From an uncultured Candidatus Saccharibacteria bacterium (lineage in GTDB: Bacteria; Patescibacteriota; Andersenbacteria; UBA10190): a stretch of 64,000 nucleotides of DNA. The stretch is from assembly GCA_964654145.1 (NCBI GenBank), contig CAZZHI010000001.1:9956-73955 (forward strand), in the 5' to 3' direction. How positions within the stretch are numbered: the first letter of the stretch is position 1; each line of letters starts with the position of its first letter. A program made the position numbers and the translations under genes. Positions 57,426 to 64,000 of this stretch are shown one piece after another. A model generated the notes under the pieces. The model made no database searches. It was not told the origin of the DNA and was given only the letters and a program-made list of their open reading frames with translations.

Positions 57426-58364
57426 CTAGTCTACCTTGGGCCACTTCGCTGGGTCAATTTGGTTCGTATCGGAAATTGCGAGCGGTAAAAGTTCTTGGAG
57501 AATATCTGGCGCCAATTGCCCTGTATTTGCGGCCTCAATTGCGCTTTGGAGGTGGTGCGGTTTTGTTGTACCGATCAACACCGTGGAAACGGCCGGATTG
57601 GAAATGGCGAATCGAATCGCGAGGGTTGGTAGGTCTATGCCAGCTTGCTGGGCAATGGTCGCTGCTTTATCGCTTATTTCTTGCAAGGCGGCGAGGCTAG
57701 GATGTAGCTTTTCTCGCACATTTGTGAGAGCGCCTTTTAGGAGTACTGAACGATTAATAATTCCTACATTGGCTGTTTGAGCTTGAGGGAGGACTGCTTG
57801 GGCCATACGCTGATCTGCAATGCTGTATGCCACCTGCATCGTTTCAAAAAAGCCTGTGTTGAGTGCAGCCAAGGCCGCCGCCTCTCCTCTGATTGCTACT
57901 CCTGCGTGAAGAATTTTTTGCTCATCTTGAAGCTTTTGGAATATTTCTATTATGGCAGAAAAATCAGTGTAATCTTCCAATTCATTGTGAAATTGTACGA
58001 GTTGTAATACTTCTTGGCCCAGATTTTTTCGGCTCATATCTATTTCTTCGCGGATGCGCTGCTCGAGTTCAGCGGGGGAAAGTGTGGGTTCGTTTTTTAA
58101 AAACTGTCCGCATTTGGTTCCGATAACAACGTTCGGATTTTGAGTGATATTGGATTTTCCAATACGCTCTTCTGCAAGTCCGTATCCCCGAGCCGTGTCG
58201 ATGTAGGTGATGCCCATCTCTACCGCAGTTTTTAAAATTGTAATCGCCTCCTGTTCACTGGGCAGTGAAACAGGACCGATGCCATAAGGAATTCCAATCT
58301 CTACGGTTCCAAGGCCGATTTTGGATACATTAAGTCCGGTTTTTCCTAATAGCGTTGTGTTCAT
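57426..58364 (-). CDS. Aldo/keto reductase
   Basis: It has GLGTVEIG...IDTARGYG AKR signature motifs, and is 312 aa. Confidence 0.8.
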   Translation of the reverse strand: MNTTLLGKTGLNVSKIGLGTVEIGIPYGIGPVSLPSEQEAITILKTAVEMGITYIDTARGYGLAEERIGKSNITQNPNVVIGTKCGQFLKNEPTLSPAELEQRIREEIDMSRKNLGQEVLQLVQFHNELEDYTDFSAIIEIFQKLQDEQKILHAGVAIRGEAAALAALNTGFFETMQVAYSIADQRMAQAVLPQAQTANVGIINRSVLLKGALTNVREKLHPSLAALQEISDKAATIAQQAGIDLPTLAIRFAISNPAVSTVLIGTTKPHHLQSAIEAANTGQLAPDILQELLPLAISDTNQIDPAKWPKVD

Positions 58365-58831
58365 ATGAGAAGTTTCTTGTGTATTTTTATTACTACTTTA
58401 TTGAGGTTATTGTAGGATCCAGTACGAATTTTTGGCATATGAGGTTCTTGTGGAAAGAATATTGCAAAATCCCCCTTTTGCATTATGTACACGCTATATT
58501 CGTTGGGCGGCGTAAAAAGCTGGTAATCTTTTTCGGTATCAAACGATGTTTTTTCCGTTAGTGTTGCTAGCGGTGCAAAACCAATAAGTTCTGCGCCCTC
58601 AATGCAGTAATGAATATCAATATACTGAGCATGAACTTCAAATACCCCTTCTTGCTCAGAGACTGCTGGTATACGCATGACATTCGCATATAAATCTCGG
58701 CCAATAATTTCATGTTCCCCATGCGGGACTGTTGCTGCATGTTCTTGAATCCAGGCGAAGGCCTGTTGCCATACAGGGCTGGTAAGTCCGTTTTCTTGCA
58801 ATGCTTGGTTGGTATATTCCCCAAAAATCAT
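58361..58831 (-). CDS. YhcH/YjgK/YiaL (DUF386, NanQ-like) family protein
   Basis: It aligns well with E. coli YhcH. ANVMRIPAVSEQEGVFEVHAQYIDIHYCIEG matches [30 protein letters not shown]. The EKDYQL and FPQEPHMP blocks match EDDYQL and MPGEPHKP. Confidence 0.75.
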   Translation of the reverse strand: MIFGEYTNQALQENGLTSPVWQQAFAWIQEHAATVPHGEHEIIGRDLYANVMRIPAVSEQEGVFEVHAQYIDIHYCIEGAELIGFAPLATLTEKTSFDTEKDYQLFTPPNEYSVYIMQKGDFAIFFPQEPHMPKIRTGSYNNLNKVVIKIHKKLLI

Positions 58832-58853
58832 GAGTTCAGTGTATCATAGGCGT

Positions 58854-59645
58854 ATGAATACCAATCCCAAAAACACCCCAGTAGAAGTTGCGGCTATTAT
58901 TCCTGCCCGTGCAGGTCAACAGAGCGTCCCGTATAAGAATTTACAAGTTTTAGGAGGTAAAACCCTCTTGCAATGGGCGATTGAGGTCGCATTTGAGGCA
59001 GAGGCGATCGATGTAGTTATTGTTTCAACGGAAGATGAGAGAGTGAAGGAGGAGGCGGAAAGATTTGGCGCATTAGTCGCTCCTCGGCCAGCAGAGTTCT
59101 CTCAGCCTAGTAGTGGAGATGCGGGCTTTTACCAGCATGCGGTGAAGTGGATGGAAGAAGAGCATGGGTGGACCCCAGAATATTTGGTTAACCTACGACC
59201 GACTAGTCCACTACGATTTGCTTCAGACATTGATAAGATGGTTGAACACATAAAAAGTTCAGATGCGGATGGACTCAAGAGTATTATTCCAACGCCGCTT
59301 CATCCATATAAAATGTGGCAATTGGATGGATCCGCAGAAATAGGATCTTCTGGAAAATTACTCCCCGTGTTTGATAATGAATTTCGACAAAAACATGGGC
59401 CTGATCAGCCACGGCAAAAAATTCAAGAAATGTTCCCTGTGTTTTTTCAGGATGGGCAAGTAGATATTACTCGCAGAAAATTTGTCTTACGTCCCGAGGC
59501 GTTGGAGTTACAAAATATATGGGGTGAAAATCTTCATGGGTTTGTTCTTGATCCTCGAACAAGTACCGACTTGGATGAGCCGGAAGACTTTTTGCGCGCG
59601 GAAAAAATATACAAAGACATGCAGTCAGAGCGCGGAGAGGCGTAA
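58854..59645 (+). CDS. Acylneuraminate cytidylyltransferase family (CMP-nonulosonic acid synthetase, NeuA/PseF/LegF-like)
   Basis: The N-terminal motif is AAIIPARAGQQSVPYKNLQVLGGKTLLQWAI (compare IPARGGSKGIPRKNI). The start was taken at Met MNTNPKN, because the track start at 58809 overlaps the divergent yhcH-like gene. Confidence 0.7.
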   Translation: MNTNPKNTPVEVAAIIPARAGQQSVPYKNLQVLGGKTLLQWAIEVAFEAEAIDVVIVSTEDERVKEEAERFGALVAPRPAEFSQPSSGDAGFYQHAVKWMEEEHGWTPEYLVNLRPTSPLRFASDIDKMVEHIKSSDADGLKSIIPTPLHPYKMWQLDGSAEIGSSGKLLPVFDNEFRQKHGPDQPRQKIQEMFPVFFQDGQVDITRRKFVLRPEALELQNIWGENLHGFVLDPRTSTDLDEPEDFLRAEKIYKDMQSERGEA

Positions 59646-59715
59646 TGAGCTTTTAGCTGCTAACTTATACGCCGCGCCGACCTAACAGCTACAAGCTAAA
59701 ACCTATAAGCTAACT

Positions 59716-60036
59716 CTATTTAAGTTCGTCCTGGAGCTTCTTTAAGCCTTCTGGACCTTCTTTTGCTGCGTTCTCAACCTTTTTTCGCATTCCTTCGGGG
59801 AGGCGCGACATAATGCCCTGCATTAAATCCTCTGCGCTTACGGTTGTTTTCCCTGCTTTTCGTGCCTGCTCTTCTGCTGCTTGTTCTAATTCCCGTTTAA
59901 CTCTTTGCTTCATGATCCCTGGAACAGGGGCTTGGCCCACTGCTTGTGCAAGCGCTTTTGTTGCAGATGCTTCCCATGGAAGCGTTTCTTGGTCTGCACT
60001 ATCTTTGGATGATTTTTTTTGCCAGAATGAAAACAT
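59716..60036 (-). CDS. Small PCP_red-like domain protein (stand-alone homolog of the ChlB/BchB C-terminal domain)
   Basis: The start is at the internal Met MFSFWQKK. The LPWEASATKALAQAVGQAPVPGIMKQRVKRELEQAAEEQARKAGKTTVSAEDL segment fits the PCP_red pattern, recalled from memory. Confidence 0.4.
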   Translation of the reverse strand: MFSFWQKKSSKDSADQETLPWEASATKALAQAVGQAPVPGIMKQRVKRELEQAAEEQARKAGKTTVSAEDLMQGIMSRLPEGMRKKVENAAKEGPEGLKKLQDELK

Positions 60037-60736
60037 GTCCACAGTGTATACCGTATCGATTCGACACAGCAAGCGTGCAAAAAAGATGTTGCTCCATGTG
60101 CACCCCACGGGAGAGGTAGAGCTAGTGTTGCCTCGCTGGGTTAGTAAGGCTGTAGGGACTTCATTTCTAAAGGAGCGCCATGATTGGATTATTCAGATGC
60201 TTTCAAGCCAGGTGTCTCGTCAGGGGGTGCAACAGCCTCTTTTGCTCATAGATGGCGCCGATATGCCCTGCTTCGGAGATTCCCTTACGCTTTCTCTTGA
60301 AATAGATTCGAAACGAAAAAAAACATTTATCCATGCTTCTGGCTCTGATCTGATTGTGCGAGCCCCAGGTATGGCGAGTGCGGCTGCCTCTATTGGGAGC
60401 TGGTATAAAAAAGAGGCACAAGCATACTATAGTGCTCAGGGGGGCGAGTATGCGAAAATTCTGGGCTTCTCAGGTTTAACGATTCGTGCGAGGAATATGA
60501 AAACGCAGTGGGGAAGCTGCAGTCAAAAGGCAAAAGTCCTTACGTTTAATTGGAGATTGGCTTTAGGGCCGGAGCCCGTTGCTCGATACGTTGCTGCTCA
60601 TGAGGTTGCTCATCTTCTTCATCCAAATCATTCGCCTGTTTTTTGGTCCACGGTTCTGAAACTCTACCCTGAGTACGAAGAGCATCGAGCGTGGCTTCGG
60701 AAGTATGGGGGAGGTTTATATATTGCAAAAAGTTAG
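60035..60736 (+). CDS. DUF45/YgjP-like (M48/SprT-related) zinc metallopeptidase
   Basis: WGSCSQKAKVLTFNWRLALGPEPVARYVAAHEVAHLLHPNHSPVFW carries HExxH plus the conserved WGSC. The start was taken at MSTVYTV (60035), since the track start at 59813 is upstream and out of family. Confidence 0.7.
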   Translation: MSTVYTVSIRHSKRAKKMLLHVHPTGEVELVLPRWVSKAVGTSFLKERHDWIIQMLSSQVSRQGVQQPLLLIDGADMPCFGDSLTLSLEIDSKRKKTFIHASGSDLIVRAPGMASAAASIGSWYKKEAQAYYSAQGGEYAKILGFSGLTIRARNMKTQWGSCSQKAKVLTFNWRLALGPEPVARYVAAHEVAHLLHPNHSPVFWSTVLKLYPEYEEHRAWLRKYGGGLYIAKS

Positions 60737-60740
60737 TACG

Positions 60741-60790
60741 AATACAAAAACTCCCAGCCATATAATGATGTGTTGGGAGTTTTTGTATTC
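60741..60790. terminator. Inverted repeat between convergent genes (aaaaactccca...tgggagttttt), candidate bidirectional terminator
   Basis: The arms are 11 nt, perfect, flanked by A and T runs, with a 17-19-nt loop. They lie between the DUF45 stop (60736) and the stop of the minus-strand miniprotein (60803). Confidence 0.4.
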
Positions 60791-60802
60791 TTAAAACAAT
60801 TA

Positions 60803-60937
60803 TTACATTGTTCCTTCTGGAGCGCTCTCCGTGCCTTCTGTGCTTGGAGCCGCAGGAGTTGCTGCACACATTGCGCATAACCCTTCTTCGTTCAATTCAA
60901 CGTTTTCTGTTCCGCATCCTTTGCATGTTCCCATCAT
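60803..60937 (-). CDS. Unannotated 44-aa zinc-ribbon miniprotein (CxxC...CxxC) with a strong Shine-Dalgarno sequence
   Basis: The reverse strand reads GGAGGTGAtttct ATG ATG..., giving MMGTCKGCGTENVELNEEGLCAMCAATPAAPSTEGTESAPEGTM. Two CxxC pairs are 15 residues apart. Confidence 0.5.
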   Translation of the reverse strand: MMGTCKGCGTENVELNEEGLCAMCAATPAAPSTEGTESAPEGTM

Positions 60938-61005
60938 AGAAATCACCTCCTTCTTCAAGAGTTATATTTTAGGTTCTCATTTTTAGCATACCCCGAAAAA
61001 GATGC

Positions 61006-61034
61006 TTGCGTAAAACGTTTATATGATGTATATT
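61006..61034 (+). promoter_or_regulatory. Sigma70-like promoter candidate (TTGCGT, 17 nt, TATATT)
   Basis: The -35 element is at 61006-61011, the spacer is 17 nt, and the -10 element is at 61029-61034. The predicted TSS at about 61041-61043 coincides with the ATG at 61043, so the 74-aa ORF would be leaderless. Alternatively the promoter drives efp with a leader of about 240 nt. Confidence 0.35.
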
Positions 61035-61042
61035 GCATTCTT

Positions 61043-61267
61043 ATGATACCGACGAGTGAAATGAGGGAACTGTTTTCCGCCATAGCATTAATTGGCGGCT
61101 TTAGTGTTGCTGGTCTTTTTGTATCTGGCGGGTTGAAGGATATTTCCTTTCATTCTCCGGCAGAACCTAGCTATCGAGCAGGAGTAGGAATGAAGCATGT
61201 TACCTTTGTCGCAAGCCCGGTTGTTCATATAGCACTTCCCGAGCACAATATATTTACCTCTTATTAA
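61043..61267 (+). CDS. Possible small membrane protein (74 aa), leaderless candidate
   Basis: It has a hydrophobic segment (LFSAIALIGGFSVAGLFVSGGL). Its ATG sits at the predicted TSS of the promoter candidate. No family is recognised, and it could be spurious. Confidence 0.25.
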   Translation: MIPTSEMRELFSAIALIGGFSVAGLFVSGGLKDISFHSPAEPSYRAGVGMKHVTFVASPVVHIALPEHNIFTSY

Positions 61268-61281
61268 TCTAATCTCTTTGT

Positions 61282-61845
61282 ATGCTTGTATTTAATGATA
61301 TTCAAAAAGGAAAAGGAAAAATTATCGTATTAGATGGTGAGCCATATACTATTGTTTCCGCTGAATTTTTGAGAAAGCAGCAGCGTCGCCCTGTTATTAA
61401 CACGATTTTAAAACATCTAAAAACCAACCAAACAAAAGAGCATACATTTCAGCAGTCAGATCGAGTAGAGGAGGCAGATATTGAACGATCCCCGTATCAG
61501 TATCTTTTTGAGCAGGCTGGGAAGTATGTATTTATGAATGGTCAGACCTATGAGCAGATCGAGGTACCTGCCGATATTGTCGGTGATGTTGCTCGATTCT
61601 TACTTGAAGGCGAAGAGGCTCAGATTATGCTTTTTGAGGGCAATCCTGTATCTGTAGAGCTCCCTATTAAAATTGATCGAAAGGTTATTGATGCTCCGCC
61701 TGGCGTGAGGGGAGATACTTCCAGTAACGTGACTAAGGAGATCGTAATTGAAGGTAATGTCCGTATGCGAGCGCCACTTTTCATTAAAGAGGGTGATAGT
61801 ATCCGAGTTGATACTCGAACAGGCGAATATTTAGAGCGTGCTTAG
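61282..61845 (+). CDS. efp: Elongation factor P (EF-P) with a divergent beta3-beta4 loop
   Basis: NDIQKGKGKIIVLDGEPYTIVSAEFLRKQQRRPVINTILKHLKT aligns with E. coli [40 protein letters not shown]. The protein is 187 aa, and the C-terminal OB-domain pattern is present. Confidence 0.6.
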   Translation: MLVFNDIQKGKGKIIVLDGEPYTIVSAEFLRKQQRRPVINTILKHLKTNQTKEHTFQQSDRVEEADIERSPYQYLFEQAGKYVFMNGQTYEQIEVPADIVGDVARFLLEGEEAQIMLFEGNPVSVELPIKIDRKVIDAPPGVRGDTSSNVTKEIVIEGNVRMRAPLFIKEGDSIRVDTRTGEYLERA

Positions 61846-62651
61846 CTACTCGCGCTTGTGTATCTGGAGAGGCCTGCTCGCCACGCAATATTAGCAATAA
61901 AAAGGAATACTGCAGCTATGCATGTTGCAATTATTCCCATTGGTAGATGAGCTTTATTTGTAAGTATTTGCGCGGGCACAAACACCACGAATGCTACAGG
62001 GATTATATACGTTAAAATAAGCCTCGGAATTCTCGGAAATATATTCATAGGTACGGTAAGCGGCTCTGTATACAGATTCATAAGCCCCCAAAGGGCTTCA
62101 AGCCGTTCGAAGAAGAAGGCCGCAGAGGCTGTGGTGATAAGAATGCTATAAAAAGTAATAAGGCCCATTAGGCTTACCCATAGGAAGAGAGGTCCATTTG
62201 AGGCTGTAATACTGATCGATCCGGATGCTATAAGGGTTCCAAAGAGCAGTAGTCCTGCTATTACATTGCCGATGATATAAATATTTACAGTACGAAATGC
62301 CATATACAGTTGGGATGGAAGGGGCTTTGTGAGAATGTAATCAAACGTTCCCTTTTGAATAAATCCGGGGAATTCAGCGATATTTCTACTTATAGTAATA
62401 TCAAGGATACCTTCGAATATACGCGAGAGGGCTAAAATAAGGATCACTTCTTCTTTTGTCCACCCATAAATTGCATCAGTGTTTTGGAATATTACGGATA
62501 TAGAAAAGAGAAACGTGAATAGCCAGAGGAATTGTCGAATAATCCCGAGGACAAAATTGCTTCGAAATTCCATTTCTCGCATGATGCTGATCTTTGCAAG
62601 GGACCACCATACACGAAGTAAGCGCAGGGATTTGTTATCCTGGGGGAGCAT
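61842..62651 (-). CDS. ABC-2 family transporter permease
   Basis: The protein is 269 aa with 6 TM helices, which is typical of ABC-2 exporter permeases. It overlaps the neighbouring permease by 17 nt. Confidence 0.6.
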   Translation of the reverse strand: MLPQDNKSLRLLRVWWSLAKISIMREMEFRSNFVLGIIRQFLWLFTFLFSISVIFQNTDAIYGWTKEEVILILALSRIFEGILDITISRNIAEFPGFIQKGTFDYILTKPLPSQLYMAFRTVNIYIIGNVIAGLLLFGTLIASGSISITASNGPLFLWVSLMGLITFYSILITTASAAFFFERLEALWGLMNLYTEPLTVPMNIFPRIPRLILTYIIPVAFVVFVPAQILTNKAHLPMGIIATCIAAVFLFIANIAWRAGLSRYTSASS

Positions 62652-63435
62652 ATTTTTTCAATCCTTGCCTCCATTCAACCGATACTATTATGAACAATAA
62701 TAGTATCCATGCTAATTGAATAAGGATTATTTTAAACGATTCTTGCATAGTGATTTGCCCGCTTAATAATTCTGCTGGGGCAGAGATAATATATCGATAT
62801 GGCAGGAAGCTAAATGCGTCATGTACTGCTGGCGGAAGAAAACTGTATGGGATTAAAACTCCAGAAGCTACTTGGTAGAGGAGGTCTTGAAAGCGACGAA
62901 TCTGAAGAGCATCTTCTAGCCAAAACGCAATAAGTCCAAGCGATATATCTAGGAGGAAGGCAATGCACATTGCTAAAAAAATACTTAGAAGAGCAATTGG
63001 TATTAGGTTTGGCGATAACAGCGCTCCTTCAAAAAATCTATAAAATAGCACTATAGATATAATGAGTATCGGCAGTGGGATCATGAGCCGTAATAATTTT
63101 TCTACAATGTTTGTTACTATGTGCCCCCAAAAAAGAGAAAAGGGCTTTAACAGGTGTTTTGCTAGCTCCCCAGTCAATATTTCTTGAGCGATATAGTAGC
63201 CACTCCAGGCTAATGTTGCCGTGCTAAGGAAGGAAACAAAGATATAATACACGAGGGTGACGTGAGCATTTTTAGGGTCTCCTGAACTTATTGCAACTGC
63301 ATACCATAGGGCCATGGATACGAGCGGTGATATGGTAACTGCGAGTGTCCAGAGGGTAATGTCTGCTCGATATTGAAGAAGCTTGGACCATTCCATGCTT
63401 GCTAGGCGAAATATTTTTTGAACAAAAGACGTCAT
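62635..63435 (-). CDS. ABC-2 family transporter permease
   Basis: The protein is 266 aa with 6 TM helices. It lies between the ATPase and the second permease. Confidence 0.6.
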   Translation of the reverse strand: MTSFVQKIFRLASMEWSKLLQYRADITLWTLAVTISPLVSMALWYAVAISSGDPKNAHVTLVYYIFVSFLSTATLAWSGYYIAQEILTGELAKHLLKPFSLFWGHIVTNIVEKLLRLMIPLPILIISIVLFYRFFEGALLSPNLIPIALLSIFLAMCIAFLLDISLGLIAFWLEDALQIRRFQDLLYQVASGVLIPYSFLPPAVHDAFSFLPYRYIISAPAELLSGQITMQESFKIILIQLAWILLLFIIVSVEWRQGLKKYAPPG

Positions 63436-64000
63436 GCTTTTTTCGTAAATAATTCATGAACAACATCCTCTAGGCTGGGGTCTTCAATGGAAATATCTTC
63501 CACCGGAAATTGTTCGAGTAGGGATGCAGCAATGGCGGCAGTGGATTCTCTTGGAACCTGTATGCTAGCTTTTACGCCATTTTCCATCACAATTTTTCCG
63601 AACTTTTTTAAGTCATTTTCTTGAACATCTTTTGTGAACGTAAGAATTATTCTTTTATGCTTCACGTGTTCTCGTATTAATTTTTCTGTGTCGCCGTCAT
63701 ATTGAATTGATCCATGGTCAATGATGATCAGTCTTTTACATAATTCTCGAACGTCATCTAGGTAATGGCTGGTCAGTAGAATGGTCGCATTACGTGATTT
63801 GTTGTATCGAACAATAAACTCTCGAATCTGCTTTTGAACTATGACGTCCAGGCCTATGGTCGGCTCATCGAGGAAAAGTATTCGAGGTTTATATATGAGG
63901 GCTGCTGCTAATTCTCCTCGCATTCGTTGACCAAGGGAAAGTTTGCGTACTTGGGTGCCCATAATGGGGCCAAGGTCTAAAAGTTCGACAATTTCATCGC
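63432..64000 (-). CDS. ABC transporter ATP-binding protein (C-terminal part; N-terminus lies beyond the window)
   Basis: It has an ABC signature (LSLGQRMR) and a Walker B/D-loop (ILFLDEPTIGLD). The reading frame stays open upstream of the listed Met to the window edge (…DEIVELLDLGPIMGTQ…), so Walker A is outside the window. Confidence 0.8.
   Translation of the reverse strand, partial: DEIVELLDLGPIMGTQVRKLSLGQRMRGELAAALIYKPRILFLDEPTIGLDVIVQKQIREFIVRYNKSRNATILLTSHYLDDVRELCKRLIIIDHGSIQYDGDTEKLIREHVKHKRIILTFTKDVQENDLKKFGKIVMENGVKASIQVPRESTAAIAASLLEQFPVEDISIEDPSLEDVVHELFTKKA

Noticed and set aside
60546-60878. 110-aa minus-strand ORF from the track.
   Set aside because: It overlaps the 3' end of the DUF45 gene antisense and is in a different frame from the SD-preceded zinc-ribbon miniprotein (60803-60937). 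The latter is the better-supported gene.
1-64000. A search by eye for CRISPR arrays, rRNA/tRNA genes and IS/transposase/integrase genes.
   Set aside because: I saw no regularly spaced direct repeats, no rRNA-like conserved stretches, no convincing tRNA cloverleaf in the intergenic spacers, and no transposase or integrase motifs in any ORF translation. tRNAs could be missed without a dedicated scan.

Overview
This 64 kb window is gene-dense, moderately AT-rich bacterial chromosome that contains the replication-origin neighbourhood. The origin region has the canonical layout: rpmH-rnpA-yidD-yidC-jag on the minus strand (19676-21673), facing dnaA-dnaN-recF on the plus strand (21798-25635). A perfect DnaA box sits 3 bp before the dnaA start codon. 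The dnaA-dnaN spacer (23223-23462) carries a cluster of DnaA-box-like motifs next to an AT-rich stretch, and is the best oriC candidate.

The overall gene content suggests a small-genome, possibly CPR/Patescibacteria-like organism: a lamin-tail-domain secreted protein, a PBP1A with a C-terminal Ig-like extension, many secreted or membrane-anchored hypothetical proteins, tight gene packing with ATGA-type overlaps, and weak Shine-Dalgarno signals. This is an inference only.

Main blocks, in order:
- 341-13207 (+): uvrD, rsmA, then a roughly 10 kb co-directional operon. It encodes secreted proteins plus a type IV secretion/conjugation-like core: a VirB6-like polytopic protein, a VirB3/PrgI-like protein, a VirB4-like ATPase encoded as two coupled ORFs, and a VirB2-like pilin candidate.
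- 13197-19675 (-): a surface-polysaccharide cluster with two O-antigen-ligase-like proteins, three GT2 glycosyltransferases and a Wzx-like flippase.
- 26647-32841 (-): ruvC, then a PKD-domain protein fused to a multi-TM region, then a RimK-like ATP-grasp enzyme fused to a retropepsin-like domain, then PBP1A.
- 33605-46683: housekeeping genes (ruvB, pgsA-like, yvcK-like, a GspE/PilB ATPase, an NrnA-like DHH protein, tsaE, polA, holA, rpsT).
- 46737-59645: truB, gmd plus an rmd/fcl-like gene, and a large GT-C-like membrane protein. These are followed by a nonulosonic-acid (sialic-acid-like) cluster: a NeuB-family synthase fused to a xylose-isomerase-like TIM barrel, a methyltransferase, an SDR, an AKR, YhcH/NanQ and a NeuA-like cytidylyltransferase.
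- 59716-64000: a PCP_red-like small protein, a DUF45 metallopeptidase, an unannotated zinc-ribbon miniprotein, efp, and an ABC-2 exporter that runs off the window edge.

I found no rRNA, tRNA, CRISPR array or obvious IS/transposase by eye. All family assignments rest on motifs recognised in the supplied translations, not on database searches.
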